This document shows, piece by piece, positions 29,014 to 37,627 of a stretch of 64,000 nt of DNA; positions within the stretch are counted from its first letter, which is position 1; each line of letters starts with the position of its first letter. The translations under genes were made by a program, and so were the position numbers. Origin of the DNA: Patescibacteria group bacterium (GTDB lineage: Bacteria; Patescibacteriota; Patescibacteriia; UBA9934); assembly GCA_038064675.1 (NCBI GenBank), contig JBBTSM010000002.1, forward strand, positions 145,852-209,851. Direction: 5' to 3'. The notes under the pieces are model-generated. The model did no database searches. It saw only the letters and a list, made by a program, of their open reading frames with translations, and had not been told where the DNA came from.

Positions 29014-29451
29014 TTATTCGAGGTCCCGTTGAATCGCTCGGTCGAGGTCGCGCTTTTTAATCGTTTCGCGTTTTTCGTATTTGCGTTTTCCGCGGGCGAG
29101 GGCGATTTCGAGTTTTACTCTATTTCGAGTCACGAATAGTGCGATCGGCACAATCGTCAGGCGATCGGTTTCGCGTTTTGCGCGGAGGTAATCGATTTGG
29201 CGTTTGTGCAGGAGGAGCTTTCGAGTGCGAGTTGGATCGTCGGAATCTTTTGCTGGTGCTTTGGCGTATTGGCCGATGTGCATGTTGGTGACGTACGCCT
29301 CGTCGTTGCGCACCGTCACGAACGCGCCTTTCAAATTCACACTTCCAGCTTTCGCGGCTTTTGTCTCTGCGCCGGTGAGCACTAAGCCCGCCTCGAATTT
29401 CTCGAGGATTTCATAATCGTGGAATGCTTTCTTGTTTTGCGCCAAAGACAT
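29014..29451 (-). CDS. smpB: SsrA-binding protein
   Basis: AQNKKAFHDYEILEKFEAGLVLTGAETK, RTRKLLLHK, ARGKRKYEKRETIK; start MSLAQN. Confidence 0.97.
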   Translation of the reverse strand: MSLAQNKKAFHDYEILEKFEAGLVLTGAETKAAKAGSVNLKGAFVTVRNDEAYVTNMHIGQYAKAPAKDSDDPTRTRKLLLHKRQIDYLRAKRETDRLTIVPIALFVTRNRVKLEIALARGKRKYEKRETIKKRDLDRAIQRDLE

Positions 29452-29467
29452 AGACCGATAATGCGAC

Positions 29468-29592
29468 TTGGGCTTTCTCGTTTGCGTCGAGTTTGGATGC
29501 GCGGCGAGGAAAACTTCCGAGACGTACTTCATGGTACGTTGAGGAAGTTTCCGATGGCGCAAGTCCAAAATCGGCCAAAGGAGGAAGTCCAA
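29468..29592. repeat. Palindromic repeat family 1
   Basis: Central gagacgtacttcatggtacgttgag; near-identical (reverse complement) to 43898-44022. Confidence 0.88.
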
Positions 29593-29614
29593 TCATGATA
29601 CACTATCAGCGATT

Positions 29615-30676
29615 ATGACCACACGCAAAACCGACGCAGTCTCTGGGGTGAAATCGATCGCAATCTCGAGCGGAACCATGTTTCGCGTGTTGATTATTGC
29701 CGCGGTTGCAACGTTTTTGTACATGATTCGCGATGTTGTCGCGATGACGCTCGTTGCAGCATTTCTTGCGGCGCTTATCGATCCATTCGCGGACATTTTT
29801 ACCCGTTGGAAGATTCCTCGCGCGCTGGCGGTGCTCGTGGTGTATCTTCTTGGATTCTCGTTTTTCGTTCTTGTAGTGTTTCTCATCGTCCCACCGCTCC
29901 TCACAGAGTTGAGTGAGCTCGCCACTGCGCTTTCACCATTCATTGCTGGTGCAAATGGATGGCTTCAGGTGGATGCGTTCCTTGCGGGAACATGGAGTTC
30001 GAACGTTGGCGAGATTGTGTCGTCCATTCGTGATAGCGGTGTTGCTGGTGCGCTTCCAAAGATCGCTGCGTTTGGATCGTCTGCTTTTGATGTTGCGCTG
30101 AGCGTTGGTGTGGTGTTGATCCTCGCATTTTATTTTATCGTGGAGAAGAACGAGATGATTCGTGGCATTGGTATTGTTGCACCGCCAGAATATCAGCCGT
30201 TTGTGATGCATATTGCATTGAAGGCTCGTGAACAGATGGGCGTGTGGCTTCGTGGCCAGCTTGCGCTGATGGGTTCGATCTTCGTTCTTATTTACGGTGC
30301 GCTTTCTATTCTTGGCATTCCGTATGCGTTGGTTCTTGCACTTTTCGCTGGCTTGCTTGAGATTATTCCGTTCGTTGGCCCGATGGTATCGGCAATCCCT
30401 GCAATTGTTCTTGCGCTTGCCGTGTCGCCGGTGCACGCATTGCTGACGGCGTTCGCGTATCTCGTCATTCAACAGATTGAGGGAAACATCCTCGTGCCAA
30501 AAATCATGCAGAAAGTTGCGGGCATCAACCCTATTGTGAGCGTGCTTGCGGTGTTGATTGGTTGGCGTGTGGGCGGTATTGTTGGTGCTGTTCTTTCCAT
30601 CCCACTTGCAATGGCGATTCTCGTCTTTATGGACGACGTATTTAAACATAAAGAGACTGCTAAAGATGTTTTATGA
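29615..30676 (+). CDS. AI-2E family transporter
   Basis: WLRGQL, LEIIPFVGP, QQIEGNILVPKIM, GAVLSIP. Confidence 0.93.
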   Translation: MTTRKTDAVSGVKSIAISSGTMFRVLIIAAVATFLYMIRDVVAMTLVAAFLAALIDPFADIFTRWKIPRALAVLVVYLLGFSFFVLVVFLIVPPLLTELSELATALSPFIAGANGWLQVDAFLAGTWSSNVGEIVSSIRDSGVAGALPKIAAFGSSAFDVALSVGVVLILAFYFIVEKNEMIRGIGIVAPPEYQPFVMHIALKAREQMGVWLRGQLALMGSIFVLIYGALSILGIPYALVLALFAGLLEIIPFVGPMVSAIPAIVLALAVSPVHALLTAFAYLVIQQIEGNILVPKIMQKVAGINPIVSVLAVLIGWRVGGIVGAVLSIPLAMAILVFMDDVFKHKETAKDVL

Positions 30677-31074
30677 ACGACGAACTTCCGTCACAGCGCA
30701 ATTGGTTCCCGGTGATTGTTGCAGGATTAACGATTGTTCTCGCAATCGCGTTTTATGCAAAATTTCGTCCAGGGGATTTTGCAGCGCTCGTGCAGGGCGG
30801 GGGAGACGATCAGCCGGCCACAACTTCTGTGGTGACTGAAGACGGATACAGAACTGCGGTGGCAGCGATTTTCGCTGCATATGACAACAATCAGAATCCA
30901 ACCGAGGCATACAACGCGTTAATTGCATTGCATGTGCCGGCGTCGATGCAGCAGTTTCATATTGATTGCATCATCGCACTTGGCAAGCTTATGGATGGAA
31001 ATTCCACGAACACCGACGACGCGATGGCGCGATTCAATGCGCTTCATGCGCAGTACTCTTGGTTTACCCTGTGA
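30673..31074 (+). CDS. Hypothetical membrane-anchored protein
   Basis: N-terminal TM; ATGA overlap with the upstream gene. Confidence 0.7.
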   Translation: MNDELPSQRNWFPVIVAGLTIVLAIAFYAKFRPGDFAALVQGGGDDQPATTSVVTEDGYRTAVAAIFAAYDNNQNPTEAYNALIALHVPASMQQFHIDCIIALGKLMDGNSTNTDDAMARFNALHAQYSWFTL

Positions 31075-31835
31075 TTCTCGTCCATCGCATCACGCCATTC
31101 GGCATCGCGCTCGTAAGTATTGCAGCGTTTGCATCGCTGATTTATTCCCCGTTCTTTGGGATGAAAGTGCTTATTCCTGCTGCGGCGATGCTCGTCTTTG
31201 CGTTTTCGCGTCTGCTCTTGTGGGAATTCCGCCGACCTGCATTTTGGGTATTCCTCGGTACGCCGATGTTGTTGTGGTTTTCGTCGCTCATCTTTTTTTC
31301 GTTTCTTGAGGACCCCGTGAGTAAGTGGGTTATTGCAACAACCGTGACGTTTGGTGTGGCGTTGTATGCAGAGAACGTGTTTACGTTTTATCATTTGCCA
31401 AGTGCGTATCAAGCCTACGCGCTCGAGAATTTGTCGTTGGTGTTGTATGTGTTGAGCGCGTTCTTTTTTACAAGCGGTGCATTCGGTTCTCAGCTTTTTT
31501 TGCTCTTGCCGGTGTGGATTCCGATGCTTGTGGTGTTTGTCGCCGTATTGTTTGCGACGGTTTCTGTGTTCTGGGTGAGCAAGATTGGATTTGAGACTGG
31601 GCGACCGTATGCCATTGTTGGCGCGATACTCATGGCGGAGCTGTATAGCGTTCTCTCCACGTGGCCGACGAGTTTCGTAACGAATGCGGCAACGTTTGCT
31701 GTGCTGCTCTATACGTTCCTTGTGCTATCGCGTGCAAACGTACTGGAGCGTTTGACGAAGAAGATGGTGATACGAACGGTGGTATTCTCCAGCGTTCTTC
31801 TTGCGATTATTCTCGGTTCTGCCCGTTGGCTCTAA
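31071..31835 (+). CDS. Polytopic membrane protein
   Basis: About 8 hydrophobic segments; GTGA overlap start at 31071. Confidence 0.75.
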   Translation: MILVHRITPFGIALVSIAAFASLIYSPFFGMKVLIPAAAMLVFAFSRLLLWEFRRPAFWVFLGTPMLLWFSSLIFFSFLEDPVSKWVIATTVTFGVALYAENVFTFYHLPSAYQAYALENLSLVLYVLSAFFFTSGAFGSQLFLLLPVWIPMLVVFVAVLFATVSVFWVSKIGFETGRPYAIVGAILMAELYSVLSTWPTSFVTNAATFAVLLYTFLVLSRANVLERLTKKMVIRTVVFSSVLLAIILGSARWL

Positions 31836-31844
31836 TTTTTTTCT

Positions 31845-32987
31845 ATGACGACATCACAAACTTCTTCAGGCCGGTGGTGGGGGATTGGCCGATCTCTGAT
31901 TCTTGCCGTTGTTGCCGGCGCCGGCGCAGGAGTTGTTGCTGCGGTGTGGACATCGCGATCGCTCGACGACTATGCCGCGAGTCTGCTTGCTGGCAGACAT
32001 CTGCCGCAAGTTTCAACACAGCAGCCAACGCCAATTCCTGGAACATATGAGGAGGCGTTGAGCCGTGTTCGAGAGAACGCGCGAACCGGCGTTGCTGCGG
32101 TGATGCCCGTTTCCACGGATAGTTTTGCGGCAAAGAGTTGGCTCAGCGACACATCTGCGTTGGGTTACGGCGCTATTGTGAGCGACGACGGCTGGGTTGC
32201 GGTTGATGCGAGCGTTCTTGATGACGTGAAAAATCCGCTCAAAGATATTGAAGTATGGATGAACGGGAAACGGTATGCGGTGCAGGCGGTTGTTCGCGAT
32301 TCACAGACGAGCGCGGCGATGCTTCATACAACGGCGACTGGACTGTCTCCGCTGGGCTTTGCATCCACGAATGGTGATCATTCTGGCGAGATGATGTTTG
32401 CTGTTGACGCGCTTGGGGGAGTGTTCCCGAATGCGGTCGCGCAAAGCGACGAAGAGATAATGTCTGGCGCGCAGCACGCAGAAACGTTTACGACAGACTG
32501 GGCACTGTCGGCGTCATCGCCATCGCTCAGCTCGCCGTTGTTGAATGCCGCAGGAGAGCTTGCGGGATTCGCTCGCGCTGGCGACGTTCATGTGTTGCCG
32601 CTTCATCAGGCGCTGCACGCGATTCGTTCGGTGGTGAAGACGGGTGCCAATACGGTTGCGATGTTCGGTGCATACAGCATCGATCTTGCGCATGCATACA
32701 ATATCGACAGCGATCTTCGTCAGAATCTTCGTGCTGGTGCGTTACTCTTTTCGCCAGATGCATCGGTGCACGCAACGGTGCGTGGCGGGCCTGCGGCAGA
32801 AGCCGGATTTGCGAGCAAAGATATTATTCTCGCTGTTGATGGAGAATCGGTAACAGATTCCACATCGCTCGCGGAAATTCTCGCGTTGTATGATCCTGGT
32901 GACGTTGCGCGATGTACGGTGTTGCGTGCTGGCCAAACAATGACGATTTCCGTGACGCTCGGCGATACATCGACCCTGGTATACTAA
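31845..32987 (+). CDS. HtrA/S1C-like protein with PDZ domain; catalytic motifs degenerate
   Basis: GAIVSDDGWV, PLLNAAGELAG, GGPAAEAG...DIILAVDG PDZ; no TNxHV or GNSGG. Confidence 0.8.
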   Translation: MTTSQTSSGRWWGIGRSLILAVVAGAGAGVVAAVWTSRSLDDYAASLLAGRHLPQVSTQQPTPIPGTYEEALSRVRENARTGVAAVMPVSTDSFAAKSWLSDTSALGYGAIVSDDGWVAVDASVLDDVKNPLKDIEVWMNGKRYAVQAVVRDSQTSAAMLHTTATGLSPLGFASTNGDHSGEMMFAVDALGGVFPNAVAQSDEEIMSGAQHAETFTTDWALSASSPSLSSPLLNAAGELAGFARAGDVHVLPLHQALHAIRSVVKTGANTVAMFGAYSIDLAHAYNIDSDLRQNLRAGALLFSPDASVHATVRGGPAAEAGFASKDIILAVDGESVTDSTSLAEILALYDPGDVARCTVLRAGQTMTISVTLGDTSTLVY

Positions 32988-32991
32988 TCAT

Positions 32992-33636
32992 ATGGCCTAT
33001 CGATACGCGCAGCTTTCCCCATTGTTAAGCGGATGGGTAACCATTCTTCTTTCGGGTGTCATTGGTATGGCGCTCGCCGTTGGGTTGTCGTTTTTACGTC
33101 CGTTGGAATACAGCGCAACGACGCAGATTCTTATTACCCAAGAGCTTGGTGCAGTCGATGCGTATACCGCAAGTCGCTCTGCGGAACGCATTGCTGATGG
33201 ATTGGCGAGCGCGGTGTACTACTCAACGTTCTTCGACAAAGTGATGGCATCGGGTTACGACATTGATCCAACGTATTTTTCTGACGACGCCATCACGCTT
33301 CGGGATCAGTGGGAAAAAACCGTTACCGCAGAAGTATCGCGCAGCAGTGGGTCGCTTTCGATTACAGCGTATCATCCGGATGTTCAGCAGGCAGAACAAA
33401 TTGCCCAGGCTGTTGCATACGTGTTGACCACGGAAGGCTGGACGTACACGTCTGGTGGAAATATTACCGTTCAAGTTGTCGATGAGCCGTTGAATTCGCG
33501 ATATCCCGTTCGTCCAAACCTTTTGATTAATGGATTCTCTGGCCTCGCACTTGGCCTTCTTGGCGGAGCGGGATACCTCTTGATTGCTGCAGAACGCACA
33601 CGTCGCCGCCACCAGTTTATGCATGATGAGGATTAG
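32992..33636 (+). CDS. Wzz/CpsC(YveK)-like polysaccharide co-polymerase
   Basis: Two TMs, P.EYSATTQILI, PVRPNLLIN.....LGL..G. Confidence 0.8.
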   Translation: MAYRYAQLSPLLSGWVTILLSGVIGMALAVGLSFLRPLEYSATTQILITQELGAVDAYTASRSAERIADGLASAVYYSTFFDKVMASGYDIDPTYFSDDAITLRDQWEKTVTAEVSRSSGSLSITAYHPDVQQAEQIAQAVAYVLTTEGWTYTSGGNITVQVVDEPLNSRYPVRPNLLINGFSGLALGLLGGAGYLLIAAERTRRRHQFMHDED

Positions 33637-34012
33637 TTGAACCGACCGAGCGTAATGAGCGATTCAACGGGTGGCGCCGAGGGAGGTCCCCGTACGGAGC
33701 GCAACGAGCACAGAGTGCTGATGATAGTTACCGCAAACGTTCATGTGCGAGCTGAGCACCGTAACGGGGTCCGAGGCGACAGGACCCGTTGATGAGCGAG
33801 AGAAGCGATTGTGAAGAGCGGTTATCCCCGTTCATTGTTGATAGATTCTTGACGCTTGCGTCTGCTTTTGGTTCCCTTTGCACACGAAAACCCCTTGAGG
33901 GGACCCTACGGAACGGTTGTGACGCCTCCTCCTCGTTGCAACCCGTCACCATAGGGTCTCCTAAACGGGTTTTTTGTTTTGGCGCATTTCCTTGTTTATT
34001 GTCGCCTAATAT

Positions 34013-34264
34013 TTGACTTTTTGGCCATTTTTTGGTATGATAGTCTGTCCTTGAATAAAGGATTCCATAGGGAAATCGGCAGGGAATTGAGGTGAGTAGA
34101 GCTTTCCCATTTGAGATCAAATAGGAAGTTCTAGCGCTCTCCAGTAGTTTGGTGTCCTGGGTGTTCCCTCCAACACTCGGTCGACGCCAAACTTCTGGAG
34201 CGCGCGAAACGCCCAATTACGGCATTCGCCGCGCAGTCTCTGACCAAATCACCCTGGAGTGCCC
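34013..34264 (+). promoter_or_regulatory. sigma70 promoter (TTGACT-17-TATGAT, extended -10) and long structured leader
   Basis: -35 at 34013, -10 at 34036; long hairpin 34134-34205 with CCCTCC loop; GGAG at 34256. Confidence 0.7.
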
Positions 34265-35197
34265 ATGTTCCGCAAGAGCCTTGTTTCCCTCGTTCTCGTC
34301 CTGATCGCGTCGTCGGCGTTTGCCGCCGACATCGACCCGGCCACGCTCGACGCGCTCGCGCGTCAGCAGGGCCAGATCCAGGATCTCCAGGCCGAGCGCG
34401 ATGCGCTCGCGGCCCAGTGTGCCAAGGAATGCAAGCCCGTCCCGGCCCCCAAGAAGGCCTCGACGAAGCCCACCGCCCCCAAGGCCGCCGCCGCGCCGAA
34501 GACGCCCGTGCCGACCGTCGATCCCCGGATCGCGGAGTTGGAGGAGGAGGTGCGCTTCCTCCGCGCGCAGCTCGAGTTGCCGCCGGCGCCGATCACCGTC
34601 GTGGTTGCTCCGCCGATCGTGAACGTTGCGGCTCCGATTGTGACGATCACCCCGGTGGTCGAGAGCCACACGGAGCACACCAACACCGTCGTGGTCGAGG
34701 GCACCCGAATCCAGGTCGGCCTCATCGGCGCCGGGGTGATGGCTCCTCCGCTCCCCGGGGACGACATCGTCCTCGTCGATCGCGAGAAGGTCTTCGCCCG
34801 CATCGAGCTCGACCTCGGCAATGACAACCAGGTCGGAATTGAGGGGTTCGGTGGCTACGGTTTTACCAAGGACTCCACCGAGGCCGGTGCGATGTTCGTC
34901 TACGCACGGAACCTTGGTTTCGACGTCGACTTCGTCGCCGGCGCCGGCGTGAACTACCTCTGCGAAGAGGCGTTCAGCGGTGGTTCGCTCTGCTCGGCGT
35001 CCCGGTTCGGCCCGCAGGGGCAGATCGGGTTCGACTTCCATGCGTTCGGTCCGATCAATGCCGGAATCTACGGCGGTGGCGGGTACGACATGGTCGACGC
35101 GAGTGACGCCGGCGTCGGTGGCGTGGGGTATGGCTTCCTCTCGGCCCGGTTCTTCTGGGGCGAGCTCGGCAAGGCCACCTCGTCCGCGCCCAAGTAG
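34265..35197 (+). CDS. GC-rich secreted protein: coiled coil, Pro/Lys linker and putative 8-stranded outer-membrane beta-barrel
   Basis: Signal peptide ASSAFA-A; eight amphipathic Gly/aromatic strands ending FLSARFFW. Confidence 0.7.
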   Translation: MFRKSLVSLVLVLIASSAFAADIDPATLDALARQQGQIQDLQAERDALAAQCAKECKPVPAPKKASTKPTAPKAAAAPKTPVPTVDPRIAELEEEVRFLRAQLELPPAPITVVVAPPIVNVAAPIVTITPVVESHTEHTNTVVVEGTRIQVGLIGAGVMAPPLPGDDIVLVDREKVFARIELDLGNDNQVGIEGFGGYGFTKDSTEAGAMFVYARNLGFDVDFVAGAGVNYLCEEAFSGGSLCSASRFGPQGQIGFDFHAFGPINAGIYGGGGYDMVDASDAGVGGVGYGFLSARFFWGELGKATSSAPK

Positions 35198-35442
35198 TGA
35201 TCCTTCGGCCCTAGTAAGTCTCATGTCGAAGTGAGACCGACGGGCCAAGGCACGGTGACCCACGCACGGTTCGGCTGGGAGGGAAGAGGTGAAAACCTCG
35301 ACTCTCCCGGCCGTTCGCGACACTTATTGGAGTGAAAGGTTAAGATGGTTAAACGGTTAAGACGGTTATTCTGAGTAGGAATAACCGGGTTAACCGAGAT
35401 GGTAATCCATCGATTTATCGCCTTAACCGTTCCCTTCAATCA

Positions 35443-35625
35443 TTGACAAAACTCCAAATTCTTGCTATAGTACGTAGTCAAGATTTCACACCATTTCAAC
35501 ACCAGTTCTGTGCAAGCAGTGAAGCGATCCTTCACTTCTGCCACAGGCCTGGAGTACCAGGTGGCTCGTCTCATGAGAGCTGCCGGGAACCCCCTCGGCC
35601 TGTCACCACCCTCAGGAGTCTCATC
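35443..35625 (+). promoter_or_regulatory. Promoter TTGACA-17-TATAGT plus conserved structured leader (copy 1)
   Basis: Shares tgctatagtac, agtcaagatttcaca, tgtgcaagcagtgaagcga..cttcacttctgccaca and accaccctcaggag with 36286-36434. Confidence 0.85.
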
Positions 35626-36189
35626 ATGTTCGTGTTCGCTTTTCTCGCATGCTCGACCTACGGCTCTGCCGAGGAGATCGCGGCTCAACAAGTCTCGTCC
35701 GGTGCGGTCATCATGCCGACCTCCGCCGCCCCCGTGGCGTACGGACCCGAAGGAATGATGTACCTCTACTGCGCCGCCGCCGACGAAGGGTGCTACGGGA
35801 CCGCCGAGCTGAACCTGTGCGGGACGTCCCCCGACTTCCCGATCCAGTGGAAGCCCGCGCTCTGTGACGATGCCTTCGGCACCTTCACGGCGGACAGCGG
35901 CCAGATGGCCTTCGTCACTCAGATCCCGTACCCCTCGGCAGGTCGCGGCGACGCGGCCACCCCCGACGCGGTGAACGTGGCGTGGAACGAGGAAGATGGC
36001 ACTGACCTCGCGGAGGAGGGCCTGGACGACGGGTGGTTCAACCTCCCGACGACGAACGGCGTCCCCTACGTGCAGATGATCAGCGACTGTGGTCACTACC
36101 ACCCCAACATCGTGTGGGGCTGGGACGTGGATGGCGACGTCAGCCTTCCGGCGAACGTGGCCAGCTACGGCGAGGACTACTGCGGTTGA
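35626..36189 (+). CDS. GC-rich putative lipoprotein, Cys/Asp-rich
   Basis: MFVFAFLA-C short lipobox-like signal after the GGAG SD; G/C-biased third positions. Confidence 0.72.
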   Translation: MFVFAFLACSTYGSAEEIAAQQVSSGAVIMPTSAAPVAYGPEGMMYLYCAAADEGCYGTAELNLCGTSPDFPIQWKPALCDDAFGTFTADSGQMAFVTQIPYPSAGRGDAATPDAVNVAWNEEDGTDLAEEGLDDGWFNLPTTNGVPYVQMISDCGHYHPNIVWGWDVDGDVSLPANVASYGEDYCG

Positions 36190-36285
36190 CGATACCGGCG
36201 AGTGATCTACGGATTCTCGCCACCACGGCTGACGCCCCGGACTTGTCTGGGGCGTTTCCATTTCCAGATATTTCTCTATTCTCCA

Positions 36286-36434
36286 TTGACATTTCTTCAA
36301 TTTTCTGCTATAGTACTCAGTCAAGATTTCACAGGAATAAAAGCCAGATTGTGCAAGCAGTGAAGCGAAAACTTCACTTCTGCCACAACCTGGATCTCGC
36401 AAAGACCAGGCCTCGACCACCCTCAGGAGCAACA
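36286..36434 (+). promoter_or_regulatory. Promoter TTGACA-17-TATAGT plus conserved structured leader (copy 2)
   Basis: Direct-repeat homolog of 35443-35625. Confidence 0.85.
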
Positions 36435-37226
36435 ATGTTTTCACTCGTTCTCTCCATCGCCGCTTGCGGCGTCGATCACAGTGCCGACACCGGTTCCGAA
36501 GTCACCGCGACTGGCGGCGTGTATGGCACGCTCCCCGGCTCCGGTTCCTCCGGTTCCGGCTCGACCGACACCGCCACCGAGGACACCGGCTCGGCCGACA
36601 GCGGCGAGACCGGCGAGACCGCGGACAGCTGCGATACCGCGGACACGGCCGACAGCGGCGAGACCGGCGATAGCGACTGCACCCCCGTCACCTGGTACCG
36701 CGATGCGGACGAGGACGGGTACGGCAGTTCGACGTGGACGAGCGCGTGCGACCAGCCGACGGGCTACGTGAGCAACGATGATGACCTCGACGACAGCCTT
36801 GCGGTGGTTGGGAGCAGCCCGACCCACGTGCGGATCTGCGGCACGGTCGACATCGGCTACGAGTTCAGCTTCTGGTGGGACGACACGGAGATGTCCGAGT
36901 CCAACACCTGGCTGAGCACGACGGTCTCCTTCACCACGGCCGCGTGCGAAGACGTCGCCGACTTCCGCCCCACCCACCTGTTCGCCCTCAACGGTTACTA
37001 CAAGGGCGGCGGGAGCGAGGACGAGTGGCTCGTGGGCGCGGGGAACAACTCGCACATCACCGACGTGTACGTCATGTTCGATGACGGCTCGTTCGACGAG
37101 TACACTGTGGACTCCACTGGCACCCACACCACGATCGGCTACGCCTACTTCGTGGACAACGGTGTCGGCGGTGGCAACCTGTACTTCGAGGCCGAGCCCG
37201 ACTTCGAGGGGGAGAACAGCTACTAG
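36435..37226 (+). CDS. GC-rich putative lipoprotein with D/T/G/S linker and one degenerate MopE-like unit
   Basis: MFSLVLSIAA-C; DTGSADSGETGET linker; TWYRDADEDGYG...ACDQPTGYVSN. Confidence 0.78.
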   Translation: MFSLVLSIAACGVDHSADTGSEVTATGGVYGTLPGSGSSGSGSTDTATEDTGSADSGETGETADSCDTADTADSGETGDSDCTPVTWYRDADEDGYGSSTWTSACDQPTGYVSNDDDLDDSLAVVGSSPTHVRICGTVDIGYEFSFWWDDTEMSESNTWLSTTVSFTTAACEDVADFRPTHLFALNGYYKGGGSEDEWLVGAGNNSHITDVYVMFDDGSFDEYTVDSTGTHTTIGYAYFVDNGVGGGNLYFEAEPDFEGENSY

Positions 37227-37331
37227 TTCGGTTCCGCCACGTGACGGTGACTCACGCAACGAGCGGCCTCGGCCTCTTCCTTCCCTACGCGGGTTGGTCG
37301 AGCGTCCGAGGTCGTTTGCATTTGAGAACAC

Positions 37332-37440
37332 TTTTATTTTGGCCATTTTCGGCTTGCGTCATCGCAAACTCGCTCTACGTACCGAGAAGTACGCCTCGCG
37401 AGCTTTGCTCGACGCGCACCGAAACTGACCGAAAATAAAA
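37332..37440. repeat. Palindromic repeat family 1
   Basis: ttttattttggcc...gaccgaaaataaaa with central ctctacgtaccgagaagtacgcctcg. Confidence 0.85.
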
Positions 37441-37627
37441 CCGTCCTCATCCGTTGTGTATTTTCCCCAAAGTTTTCTTTACTTTTACGTGCTTTTGGAC
37501 TATTATTTTTTGTCCCCTCAATGAGTGAGTGGCGCATTGCCACAACGCCCATGTGTGGGCACGACACCTTCAAATTTGAACCCTCACTGACTGACATTCA
37601 CGCTCACCGATCCCAGGAGATCACCTC

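Noticed and set aside
29452-29592. N-terminal extension of SmpB (and of NrdR, 458-505)
   Set aside because: Extensions are translations of the palindromic repeat; conserved protein sequence starts at 29451 and 506
33887-33973. SRP RNA or 6S RNA
   Set aside because: Lacks the SRP domain IV GGAA tetraloop/GCAG motifs on either strand and is too short for 6S
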